Positions 1 to 7,294 of a stretch of DNA of 7,394 nt are shown one piece after another. Origin of the DNA: a virus. Its lineage: Duplodnaviria > Heunggongvirae > Uroviricota > Caudoviricetes. The stretch covers positions 1-7,394 of IMG/VR virus record IMGVR_UViG_2671180727_000001. One strand, 5' to 3'. The position numbers were made by a program, and so were the translations under genes. Position 1 is the stretch's first letter, and every line of letters begins with the position of its first letter. The notes beneath the pieces were generated by a model that saw only the letters and a list, made by a program, of their open reading frames with translations, ran no database searches and was not told the DNA's origin.

Positions 1-1007
1 GTTGTGGCTGTTGAAGCAGACGATGCGGCACTTTCTGCCGATTTTCCGGCGGCGGTGGCACTGGCTGAGGCCTGCCCGGCACTTGTTGACGCGGCACTGG
101 CAGACGATGCAGCCGCTGTTTTTGAGCCTGCCGCAGCTGAGGCGCTCTGTCCCGCTGCCGTCTCAGAAGACCTGGCGTTCGTCTCGGACGTTTTTGCCGC
201 CTTCGCGGAATTTCCTGCCGCCGTTGCCGAGGAAGCTGCGCTACTGGCGCTCAAGGATGCGTTCGTTTCTGATGATTTCGCTGCCTCTTTTGAGGCCGCC
301 GCATCCCGGGCTGAGGTGGCAGCTTCTGACGCTTTCGTGGTCGCGGTGGATGCAGAAGTGGCTGCTGATTGTTGTGACGCTGCGGCATTCGTTTCAGATT
401 TTTTCGCAGCAGTTGCACTCGCACTTGCGGCACTTTGTGAGGATGCCGCAGCGGATGCACTTTGAGACGCTTGAGAGGCTTTTTCTCCAGCGGTATTGGC
501 GCTTTCTGCTGCTGCGGCAGCACTGGCCGCCGCCTCACGAGCTTTGTCGCCAGCAGCATCAATCGCGTCAGTGTTATTTTTATACCACTCAACGTTTTCG
601 TTGTGCTCGTTGACGATCTGCATTAGCGGCTTAACGGTTACTTCTGTACCGTCTTCACGCTCGATTGTCACCTCATCCAGAGCAGTCAACCAACTGCGCA
701 TAGACTTGGAATCAGCCGACATACGCGACATTAGTGCTGTAAAGCGCGCGCTAAACTGTGTTAAGTCGCCTTCATAGGTCGTAATGATTCGGCACGGAAC
801 TTCAGACTGAGTTTCGCCGGTATAAGGTTCTGAGAGAACAATGTTCGTATCACTGGTTACGCGCTTGATCTCATACAGTTTATTGTCGGGGCCAATGACG
901 ATCATCCCCGGCAACACACCATTAGCTGTTACGTTCCAGGCTGTCCCTGCCCCAACCAGAGTATTGCTACCCTGTGTAAATGTGATAGTACCTTCCCTGT
1001 ACCACAT
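1..1007 (-). CDS. stf: Side tail fibre protein, lambda Stf-like; N-terminal 335 codons only, 3' end lies beyond the window start
   Basis: Manual minus-strand translation from ATG at 1007..1005 is open for 335 codons to position 1 (MWYREGTITFTQGSNTLVGAGTAWNVTANGVLPGMIVIGPDNKLYEIKRVTSDTNIVLSEPYTGETQSEVPCRIITTYEGDLTQF...). From about position 540 downward it becomes an Ala/Ser/Thr-rich repeat region (...KKSETNAAASQQSAATSASTATTKASEAATSARDAAASKEAAKSSETNAS...) that is close to the repeat region of lambda Stf as I recall it. AAGGAG lies 10 nt upstream of the ATG. Not in the ORF track because there is no in-window stop. Confidence 0.8.
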   Translation of the reverse strand, partial: MWYREGTITFTQGSNTLVGAGTAWNVTANGVLPGMIVIGPDNKLYEIKRVTSDTNIVLSEPYTGETQSEVPCRIITTYEGDLTQFSARFTALMSRMSADSKSMRSWLTALDEVTIEREDGTEVTVKPLMQIVNEHNENVEWYKNNTDAIDAAGDKAREAAASAAAAAESANTAGEKASQASQSASAAASSQSAASASATAAKKSETNAAASQQSAATSASTATTKASEAATSARDAAASKEAAKSSETNASLSASSAASSATAAGNSAKAAKTSETNARSSETAAGQSASAAAGSKTAAASSASAASTSAGQASASATAAGKSAESAASSASTAT

Positions 1008-1028
1008 GTTGAATATGCTCCTTGATTT

Positions 1029-1065
1029 GGCGGGTTATCCTTGCCCGCCATTAAGTAATTACTTA
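1029..1065. promoter_or_regulatory. Intergenic inverted repeats between J stop and stf start: GGCGGG-N9-CCCGCC (1029-1049) and a perfect 14-bp palindrome TAAGTAATTACTTA (1052-1065)
   Basis: Read directly from the sequence. The GC hairpin sits immediately upstream of the stf Shine-Dalgarno on the minus strand. No U-tract follows it on either strand, so it is not a canonical intrinsic terminator. Function unknown. Confidence 0.3.
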
Positions 1066-1100
1066 CCTATTTTTACCGATATAAAATTTTTTTTCCACCA

Positions 1101-4100
1101 TCACAGACGGCCAATTCTTACTCGTAAGACGTTGTTATCGTCATAAACGTCAATCCGCTGACCATTTATAACCAATCGCCCATTGCCGCCGCTATTACCG
1201 TTGATCTCAAGCGTTCCATTTTTGCCGAACCGCCATCCAGATCTACCGCTAACAAAATTGGTAGATTGCAGATCGCCTACTTTTGCATTGGTGATTGTGC
1301 CATCCTTGATATACGCTCCATTCATATAGGCGATACTGTTTTCGATAACAAATGGCGTTGTGATCTTCCCGTTAACAGAGTTGACCAAACCAAACCTGTC
1401 CGCCTGAACCAAAAACTGAGATAGCCCAGTGGTGTCAATACCAAGCGCAATACCGGCAACATACTTCTGCCCTCCGCTCGTTGAAGTTTCCATTTTCAAC
1501 GTCCACGCGGTTGACACTTTTTTGTTGGTATCAGCAATAGCTGTTGCCTGCTGTTGAATTGTCGCGGTATTTCCATCCACCTCTGCTTTCAGAGTATCGA
1601 TTCGCCCACTCAGAGCATTATCTGCCTGCGTTCTCGCTGTCGTTTCAGTTGTTACCGCCGCGGAAATGTTGGCTGCCGTTTGAGACTCTAAGTTTGTGAT
1701 TTGAGTCGCCAATGCAGCATCTTGCTCTGTACGCGTTTTCGTTTCGGTTGCTACAGCCGCTTTAATATCCTCTTTGTATTGAGAGGTCAGCTTGGTGATC
1801 TGAGACGACAACGCCGAGTCAGCATCAGTTCGAGCCTGCGTTTCAACTGCAACGGCCGCACTAATATCTTTCGCTGTCTGTGCTTTTAAACTTGAAACCT
1901 CTTTTGTTAAAGCGGTATCACCATCTGCACGAGCCGTTGTTTCTCTGGCAAGAGACGCCTCGAGATCATTAGCTTTTGCTGTAAGAGACGTAATCTGGGT
2001 AGACAATGCACTATCGGCATCAGTCCTTGCTTTTGTCTCTACAGCAACCGCTGCGGCAATATCAGTTCCGGTTTGTGCTCGCAGGCTGTTAATTTCTCGT
2101 GAGAGCGCCTGGTCAGCACTTGCTCTGGCCTCCTGCTCCTGAGTGATGGCCGCGGATATATCACCGTCAACCTTTGACTGAAGCTGGTTTATTTGTTTGG
2201 CTAACGCAGAGTCCCCGCTTGCTCGGGCCTCCTGCTCACTACGTATTGCAGCAGAAATATCATCATCAACCTTTGCCTGAAGTTGGGTGATCTGGCTTGC
2301 CAGAGCCGAATCTTCCGTTGCTCGGGCTTCTTGCTCTTCCTTAATAGCTGCGACGATATCGTTGCTTACTTTCGACTCAAGCTGAGTGATCTGTGTCGTC
2401 AGAGCTTCATCGGCAGATGTACGAGCCTCCTGCTCTGTACTAATCGCCGCGCTGATATCTCCTTCAAACTTAGATTGCAGCTGAGTGACACGCTTTGCCA
2501 ACGCTTCATCGCCATCGGCACGAGCGGTGGACTCTTCCAGAATACTGGCCTTAATGTCTTCGCCAATTTCTACGCGAATTTCCTCAACCTTCGTGGCCAT
2601 TGCAGACATATCATCAGCAAAGGTTTTCTGTGTTGTTGCGATCTTCGCGTTATTGACCATCTGCTTGTGCTGGTCTTCATCTTGACGAAGAGCCAGGTCA
2701 ATATTTGTTTTGGCTAACGCCTCAATGTTCGTAGTCAGTTCTGCACTGGCACGATCGACCTCTGCAACCGTCTTTTTCATTTCTTCAACGGCAGCGGAGC
2801 TTTCCTCTACCGTTGACTGCAACACTTCCAGTTGTTTAGCGTTTGCAGCATCGCCTTCAACACGAGCCTCGCTTTCCTTAGCAATAAGAGCCGCCGCTTC
2901 ATCTCTTGCAGCCTTTATTGCCTCGACTGTATTAGCGAGAGCTTTATCGTGTTCAGATACGGTGTTTTCGATTTCAACAATTGCAGCATCAGTAGCATCA
3001 ATTTTTTCAAACGCTTCATTGACCTTGTCGATCGTTGCCGAAACCTCACCTTTAAGCTCGGTTTGTGCGTTCTCCAAAGCATCGCTACGCTCGTTGAATT
3101 TTATTTCAAAATCCGCGAGGTTATCGCTGAACTGCTTATCTAATTCAGCTATATCTTCCTTAACGTCGTTTACCGCCCCCTCCAAAGATTCGACGCTCTG
3201 GTTGATATGCTCATTTAACTCGTCAACTGCTTCTTGAGAGGCTTTGCTGTTGATGTCCTCAAGCAGAGCCTGACCAAGCTCGGAAGATGTAATTTTGCCA
3301 GTCAGGAACGACAGTACATCGCGAGTTGTCGCCTCTGTACCCAAGTTTGAGTTCGGAGGACTTAACATACCTCGCTTGTTCGATGCTCGAACCCAGTAAT
3401 ACCACGTTTCGCTATCCCCAAGACCAGCATGTGTAAAGGTGGTGCTTGCAGACTCTGCGATCAGTTTCGCCGTATCCAGATTGTTGGTCTGGGATGCGTA
3501 AACATTAATGTGATCAAGGTCTACCGAATCTGGATTAACCCAATTCAGTATCACATTACGATAGTCTCCAACGGCCGTTAATGACGTTGGGGCATCCGGC
3601 GGTGTCATTGTGCCCAACACCTGATAAACGGTACTGATAATCTCTGTTTTTTTACCGTTGAATGAAACCGCATACAGCTGGAAGTCGTAGCGTCCATTCT
3701 CCGCGACATTAACGATTTCGTATTGCTCTTCGGTTACACGCGCCGATTGCCAGTTCGATACATTGTTTTCATCAGAACGTCGCCAACTGATCCAATACTC
3801 TGGAGATTTCCCTTCCCATGTTGCAGTCAGTTTTACTGACAGGTTGCCCGGGCTTGAGAGATAAGTCCCTTCAGTGATTTGCAGATTAGATGGCTTGGAG
3901 TAAGTTGGGTCCAATACCGTCGTATTCTGCGGGATCAGCGTTGCACCATTGTCGATTGCCTCATATTTAGACGGATTGTTCTCAACAGCGGTGATGTCAA
4001 AGCTACCCGGCGTTTCCCCCTGCGCGATGTTAACGATGCGAACGCGCATAGGTTCGAGGTCTGGTTCTGTAATAGTCCAGACGCCGTTCAAAACAGGCGT

Positions 4101-5828
4101 TTCAGCCGAAGACAGGGCTTTTGAAAACGTAACTTTTGTTATATTTTCGCCAGTTTCAAGAACATCGCGTTCAACGATTTTGCCTTCCTGATTCAGTATT
4201 CGAATAAAGCAGCCGCCTTTGGCTAACGACACAGGCGCATCGAGTGTGACGCTGTTTTTGGTAAACGCCACAATTCGACCTGAGTTACGTTTGCCTGCGC
4301 GATATTTGTTCTGAATCAGAACGGTTTCACCAGGCATCAGAAATGACGCGTCTAAGCCGGCAGTAAATGTAATTACATCCGACTCCATTCTGGCGGTATA
4401 TAAAAGCCACAAACCAACTCGGTGAGCCTGCCCTCGGCTTGTACAGCCAAATGCTACGACTTCTGTTTTACGCTCACCATAACGGCGCATTGCGTCCTGA
4501 TCTTCGACGTACTCGATGTTTTGCTTATAACCGTCCTCCTTGTTGTTGTAGGTTACGAGCGCAACGGATGGGCGATCTTTACGCGCAGAACCTTTATAGG
4601 TAAACAATCCATCTTTGACGTTAGAGTTGGTAAACATCATTACCGGATCTGATGGGCTATCCTGCATGATGTTAACCATCCCACCAGCCCAAAACACCAT
4701 GCCGCGGAATGCTCCGGCAATATCCTGAATTAGCCGGTATGCGTCCTGTCGACTGGTGATCTGCGTATTGATTGCAAAGCGTTTCTCTTTGCCACCAAAG
4801 CCATCATCGACCTCTTCGTCACAATATCGACCAATCTGGTACAACTGGCCAAGGTCAATCATAGATTCCGACACATACTGACCAAGGCCATATCGAGCAT
4901 TGGTCAGCAAATCAAAGAGAATCCACGCGGGGTTCGAAGAAGACAACAGCTTAAAAGTGCCATCCCATACCCCAGCGTAAGTGTTACTGGACTCGTTATA
5001 GTTTGAAGGTACTCGAATTTTTAGGCCACGCACCAGATAAGAGCGAGATGGCATGGTGCTGCCGAATTGCTCAGAGTTTACCTTCAATCCAACCAAAACA
5101 GAGTTTGGATAGTTCATCGGTGTATCGACAATTTCCCCGATTGAATCCACCCATGTATCGTTATAGAGATACTGGCTACTGTTATCATCGGTAATACGGA
5201 CCACACGAACCTTGTATGCTCGTCCAGGCTTAGGCAGCTTCAGCTCATAGCTACGGTAATAAACGCCGGTCTTCTTTGCTGTTAGCTTAATGCCAACGCT
5301 TTTTTCACCTTCAGCGACCACATCTACAAATGTTGAGTCGCCATTTGCTATCTGGAACTTGTACTCAACAGTCGTACCGTTCGTGTCACCAGTTTTTTTA
5401 TCTATGCTTCGCAAAGAAGGAAACTTCATGATGACACGAACCCGATCAGCTTCATCGTTATCGATTGAAACCGTTACATAATGTGTTTTTTTTAACTGGA
5501 TATTGACGGATTTAGGCGTTTCAACGAAATCAAAGCCAGACATTGGAGTCTGGTCTTGTGAACCGTCGCGAAAATCCCATGTGATTCCGCTGAAGTTGGA
5601 GGAACCGTCTTCATTTACAATCGGCAGATCGTCGATAAAAATAGATCTTGCGCCATTTACCAAGCCGCCAATTACCCCTTCCCCAAGAAGATCGAGGATA
5701 GCGGCCATTGCACGAGAATTTACGGTATCGTCGGCTTCAACCGGTGTACGGCTAGAGCTTTTGCTGCTTTTTTTACCACCCGCACCTGCAATAAACAGCG
5801 GTAACTTTTTCTTCTTGAACTGTTCCAT
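1101..5828 (-). CDS. J: Host specificity / central tail fibre protein, lambda gpJ-like, with a greatly expanded coiled-coil insertion (about 1575 aa)
   Basis: ORF-track ORF 1101..5834 (TTG); I prefer the in-frame ATG at 5828, two codons in, with AAGGA upstream. The N-terminal ~880 aa match lambda J as recalled (e.g. NYPNSVLVGLKVNSEQFGSTMPSRSYLVRGLKIRVPSNYNESSNTYAGVWDGTFK against lambda CYPNTALVGVQVDSEQFGSQQVSRNYHLRGRILQVPSNYNPQTRQYSGIWDGTFK; also FGCTSRGQAHRVGLWLL and the GKITSSELG motif). The C-terminal GGQKYVAGIALGID...LSQFLVQADRFGLVNS matches lambda KHYVAGIGLSMED...LSQFLVAANRIAFID. Stop TGA at 1103..1101. Confidence 0.9.
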   Translation of the reverse strand: MEQFKKKKLPLFIAGAGGKKSSKSSSRTPVEADDTVNSRAMAAILDLLGEGVIGGLVNGARSIFIDDLPIVNEDGSSNFSGITWDFRDGSQDQTPMSGFDFVETPKSVNIQLKKTHYVTVSIDNDEADRVRVIMKFPSLRSIDKKTGDTNGTTVEYKFQIANGDSTFVDVVAEGEKSVGIKLTAKKTGVYYRSYELKLPKPGRAYKVRVVRITDDNSSQYLYNDTWVDSIGEIVDTPMNYPNSVLVGLKVNSEQFGSTMPSRSYLVRGLKIRVPSNYNESSNTYAGVWDGTFKLLSSSNPAWILFDLLTNARYGLGQYVSESMIDLGQLYQIGRYCDEEVDDGFGGKEKRFAINTQITSRQDAYRLIQDIAGAFRGMVFWAGGMVNIMQDSPSDPVMMFTNSNVKDGLFTYKGSARKDRPSVALVTYNNKEDGYKQNIEYVEDQDAMRRYGERKTEVVAFGCTSRGQAHRVGLWLLYTARMESDVITFTAGLDASFLMPGETVLIQNKYRAGKRNSGRIVAFTKNSVTLDAPVSLAKGGCFIRILNQEGKIVERDVLETGENITKVTFSKALSSAETPVLNGVWTITEPDLEPMRVRIVNIAQGETPGSFDITAVENNPSKYEAIDNGATLIPQNTTVLDPTYSKPSNLQITEGTYLSSPGNLSVKLTATWEGKSPEYWISWRRSDENNVSNWQSARVTEEQYEIVNVAENGRYDFQLYAVSFNGKKTEIISTVYQVLGTMTPPDAPTSLTAVGDYRNVILNWVNPDSVDLDHINVYASQTNNLDTAKLIAESASTTFTHAGLGDSETWYYWVRASNKRGMLSPPNSNLGTEATTRDVLSFLTGKITSSELGQALLEDINSKASQEAVDELNEHINQSVESLEGAVNDVKEDIAELDKQFSDNLADFEIKFNERSDALENAQTELKGEVSATIDKVNEAFEKIDATDAAIVEIENTVSEHDKALANTVEAIKAARDEAAALIAKESEARVEGDAANAKQLEVLQSTVEESSAAVEEMKKTVAEVDRASAELTTNIEALAKTNIDLALRQDEDQHKQMVNNAKIATTQKTFADDMSAMATKVEEIRVEIGEDIKASILEESTARADGDEALAKRVTQLQSKFEGDISAAISTEQEARTSADEALTTQITQLESKVSNDIVAAIKEEQEARATEDSALASQITQLQAKVDDDISAAIRSEQEARASGDSALAKQINQLQSKVDGDISAAITQEQEARASADQALSREINSLRAQTGTDIAAAVAVETKARTDADSALSTQITSLTAKANDLEASLARETTARADGDTALTKEVSSLKAQTAKDISAAVAVETQARTDADSALSSQITKLTSQYKEDIKAAVATETKTRTEQDAALATQITNLESQTAANISAAVTTETTARTQADNALSGRIDTLKAEVDGNTATIQQQATAIADTNKKVSTAWTLKMETSTSGGQKYVAGIALGIDTTGLSQFLVQADRFGLVNSVNGKITTPFVIENSIAYMNGAYIKDGTITNAKVGDLQSTNFVSGRSGWRFGKNGTLEINGNSGGNGRLVINGQRIDVYDDNNVLRVRIGRL
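1572..2558 (-). repeat. About ten imperfect tandem 99-bp (33-codon) repeats inside J, encoding DISAAIxxEQEARxxADxALxxQITQLxSKVxx-type units
   Basis: The translation shows consecutive 33-residue units (DISAAISTEQEARTSADEALTTQITQLESKVSN / DIVAAIKEEQEARATEDSALASQITQLQAKVDD / DISAAIRSEQEARASGDSALAKQINQLQSKVDG / ...). At DNA level a recurring motif appears at ~100-bp spacing (gctctggcctcctgctc near 2122, gctcgggcctcctgctc near 2220, gctcgggcttcttgctc near 2320, acgagcctcctgctc near 2421). Confidence 0.7.
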
Positions 5829-5846
5829 GTTCAAAAAAATCCTTGT

Positions 5847-6440
5847 TTACATTAGCTGGTCAATCGTGATTGAAGAACTCACAACCTGTGAGCCAACCAG
5901 AATTTCCTCGCCATAGATAAGTTGTACTGGGTTGCCCTGGTTTTCTGTATTTTGAGGGCCGTCGAAATAATAAGAGTTCGAGTTATCTGCCTGTCTCACA
6001 CTTTCGTTAGTGGCTTGCGGCGATATGATTTGTGATATGCCGCCCATCATCAGTGACAAACCGAGAGGTGCTAAAGCAGGCATCACTACCGCCGATACAA
6101 CCAACAAAGCGGCCCCTACTACCGTCTGAAACCACCCAAAAGCAGATCCACCGCTTCCTCGCGGAACAGGTGTAATGCGGATTTTGGCAATGTTGTCAGA
6201 CTGCCCCATCATCTGATATTCACTTTCGTCAACAGACCACTTGTGGCCCTGTTTATTGGTGATCTGGATGTGGTAACGGTCATAGGTTTTGATATTGCGC
6301 TTCATCCATGCTTTAAACCCAGGCTTGTTGGCCTCAATTAAATCCAGAGCCTGTTTTGTATTGCGCACCTTTAGATGCCAGTGGCGGCCAAAATGTTTGG
6401 CCATAGGGCCGCCAAGCTGCACATGAACTAACTCAGACAC
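5847..6440 (-). CDS. I: Tail assembly protein, lambda gpI-like (197 aa from GTG)
   Basis: ORF-track ORF; start is GTG at 6440..6438 with GGGAG upstream; a later ATG at 6404 is an alternative. The N-terminus VQLGGPMAKHFGRHWHLKVRNTKQALDLIEANKPGFKAWM resembles the recalled lambda gpI N-terminus (VRLYGDLADRFG...ANYPGFQSAM). The C-terminal half has a Gly-rich segment followed by a hydrophobic stretch (PRGSGGSAFGWFQTVVGAALLVVSAVVMPALAPLGLSLMMGG). Position between K and J matches lambda gene order. Confidence 0.8.
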   Translation of the reverse strand: MSELVHVQLGGPMAKHFGRHWHLKVRNTKQALDLIEANKPGFKAWMKRNIKTYDRYHIQITNKQGHKWSVDESEYQMMGQSDNIAKIRITPVPRGSGGSAFGWFQTVVGAALLVVSAVVMPALAPLGLSLMMGGISQIISPQATNESVRQADNSNSYYFDGPQNTENQGNPVQLIYGEEILVGSQVVSSSITIDQLM

Positions 6441-7225
6441 GTCTCATCTCCCTTGAGCAAGTCTCTGTGACGCAAGTGATGCGTCGTATGTTTCTGATAC
6501 ATTCCGCCGTAATAAGCACGACAACTAAGACGGTCGATCTGGTGATGAAGAATCATTCCATCGCCGATATAAACCGCGCAGTGATCTGGCATTTTCCCGT
6601 ATTGAATAAAGAAGACGTCCCCACGTTGAGGCTCTGTTCCAGGTGCAAGCCGTACCAATCCCTCGTTTCGGTAGTTCTGGTCGAGAATGTCGTTATCGCC
6701 GGTGTACCACGATGGAATATGCAGGTGTGCGTTCGGGTTAAGCTCGACGTTAAACTCACGCTTCAAATAGTCCCGACACAACATCCAGCAATCGAATACG
6801 CCAAATACATACGGTCTACCCAGGTATGGCATTTCGAAACCATCAGGTGTGATCACATTCATCTCGCTAAAATGGAAAGGGGCATCTCCCTCAACATTCT
6901 TGCGAATAGCCAGAATCATCCACGGAACTTCCGTCGCTTCACAGCCTGCACGATCGGCATCAGATGCTTCTGCTGATTCATCAGTATGTGAATGCCAGAT
7001 TGCGATTACGTCACCTGCATCCTCTGCCGCCATAATGTCGTCAACGTGCATTACAAAAGTGTTCTGCGGGTTCTCCGAAACATTTCGCGCTTCCATAAAG
7101 CGATATTTGTCGCCATTAGTTCTCACCAGAAAGCCACACGCTTCATTAGGGTAGCGATTTATGGCGCAGAGATAGATTTGCTGCATAACATCAGAGCCAA
7201 GCTCAGGGATTGCTTTATTACCCAT
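6428..7225 (-). CDS. K: Tail assembly protein, lambda gpK-like, with MPN/JAMM and NlpC/P60 domains (266 aa from ATG)
   Basis: ORF-track ORF 6428..7252 starts at TTG; I prefer the ATG at 7225..7223, which has GGAG 9 nt upstream. The JAMM motif H-x-H-x7-S-x2-D is present as HSHTDESAEASDAD, preceded by PNEACGFLV. NlpC/P60-like Cys and His contexts are present (GVFDCWMLCRDYL; HCAVYIGDGMILHH). The stop overlaps the I start by 13 nt. Confidence 0.85.
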   Translation of the reverse strand: MGNKAIPELGSDVMQQIYLCAINRYPNEACGFLVRTNGDKYRFMEARNVSENPQNTFVMHVDDIMAAEDAGDVIAIWHSHTDESAEASDADRAGCEATEVPWMILAIRKNVEGDAPFHFSEMNVITPDGFEMPYLGRPYVFGVFDCWMLCRDYLKREFNVELNPNAHLHIPSWYTGDNDILDQNYRNEGLVRLAPGTEPQRGDVFFIQYGKMPDHCAVYIGDGMILHHQIDRLSCRAYYGGMYQKHTTHHLRHRDLLKGDETCLS

Positions 7226-7294
7226 ATCGCGTAGCTCCAATAAACCCGCCAAAATGGATCACTCCGTTGGCAAAATAATTCCGACGCGCATTAC
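7218..7294 (-). pseudogene. L: 3'-terminal remnant (24 codons plus stop) of a lambda gpL-like tail tip assembly gene, truncated at the IS boundary
   Basis: Minus-strand frame reads ...NARRNYFANGVIHFGGFIGATRYG* and resembles the lambda gpL C-terminus as recalled (...KFRNNVGNFGGFLSINKLSQ*). Its TAA stop overlaps the K start (ATGGGTAA), as in lambda L/K coupling. The frame is cut at 7294/7295 by the IS end and no L N-terminus is present in the window. Confidence 0.55.

Noticed and set aside
4-465. Plus-strand ORF, 153 aa, extremely Ala-rich (AVEADDAALSADFPAAVALAEA...)
   Set aside because: It is the antisense reading of the GC-rich Ala/Ser-codon repeat region of the minus-strand stf gene. It has no RBS and low-complexity composition, so it is a frame artefact.
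251-592. Minus-strand ORF, 113 aa, basic and proline-rich
   Set aside because: It lies in a different frame from the continuous stf reading frame that spans 1-1007. It is an alternative-frame artefact of repetitive GC-rich coding sequence.
2-613. Plus-strand ORF, 203 aa, Arg/Leu/Pro-rich
   Set aside because: Overlaps stf on the opposite strand and has junk-like composition; it is explained by the stf coding frame.
1029-1049. GC hairpin considered as a rho-independent terminator downstream of J
   Set aside because: No U-rich tract follows the stem on either strand, and it sits directly against the stf ribosome-binding site. It is kept only as an unexplained inverted repeat.
496-1146. Plus-strand ORFs 496..777 and 841..1146
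   Set aside because: Antisense to the stf N-terminal region, the J-stf spacer and the J 3' end. No homology signal and no plausible RBS.
1572-2558. Regularly spaced direct repeats considered as a possible CRISPR array
   Set aside because: The repeats are imperfect, contiguous (no unique spacers), 99 bp long and lie in frame inside a continuous coding sequence. They are protein-coding tandem repeats.
1701-5916. Eleven plus-strand ORFs of 62-175 aa inside the J gene (1701..1889, 2283..2717, 2485..2685, 2710..3237, 2832..3143, 3879..4124, 3949..4191, 4422..4652, 5003..5194, 5290..5481, 5503..5916)
   Set aside because: All are antisense to a long, well-supported J coding frame. Several are Ser/Ala/Cys-rich low-complexity translations, typical of the opposite strand of a coiled-coil gene.
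6467-7234. Plus-strand ORFs 6467..6976, 6849..7154, 6992..7234 and minus-strand ORF 6553..6759
   Set aside because: Antisense to, or out of frame within, the K-like gene, whose JAMM and NlpC/P60 motifs strongly support the minus-strand frame.
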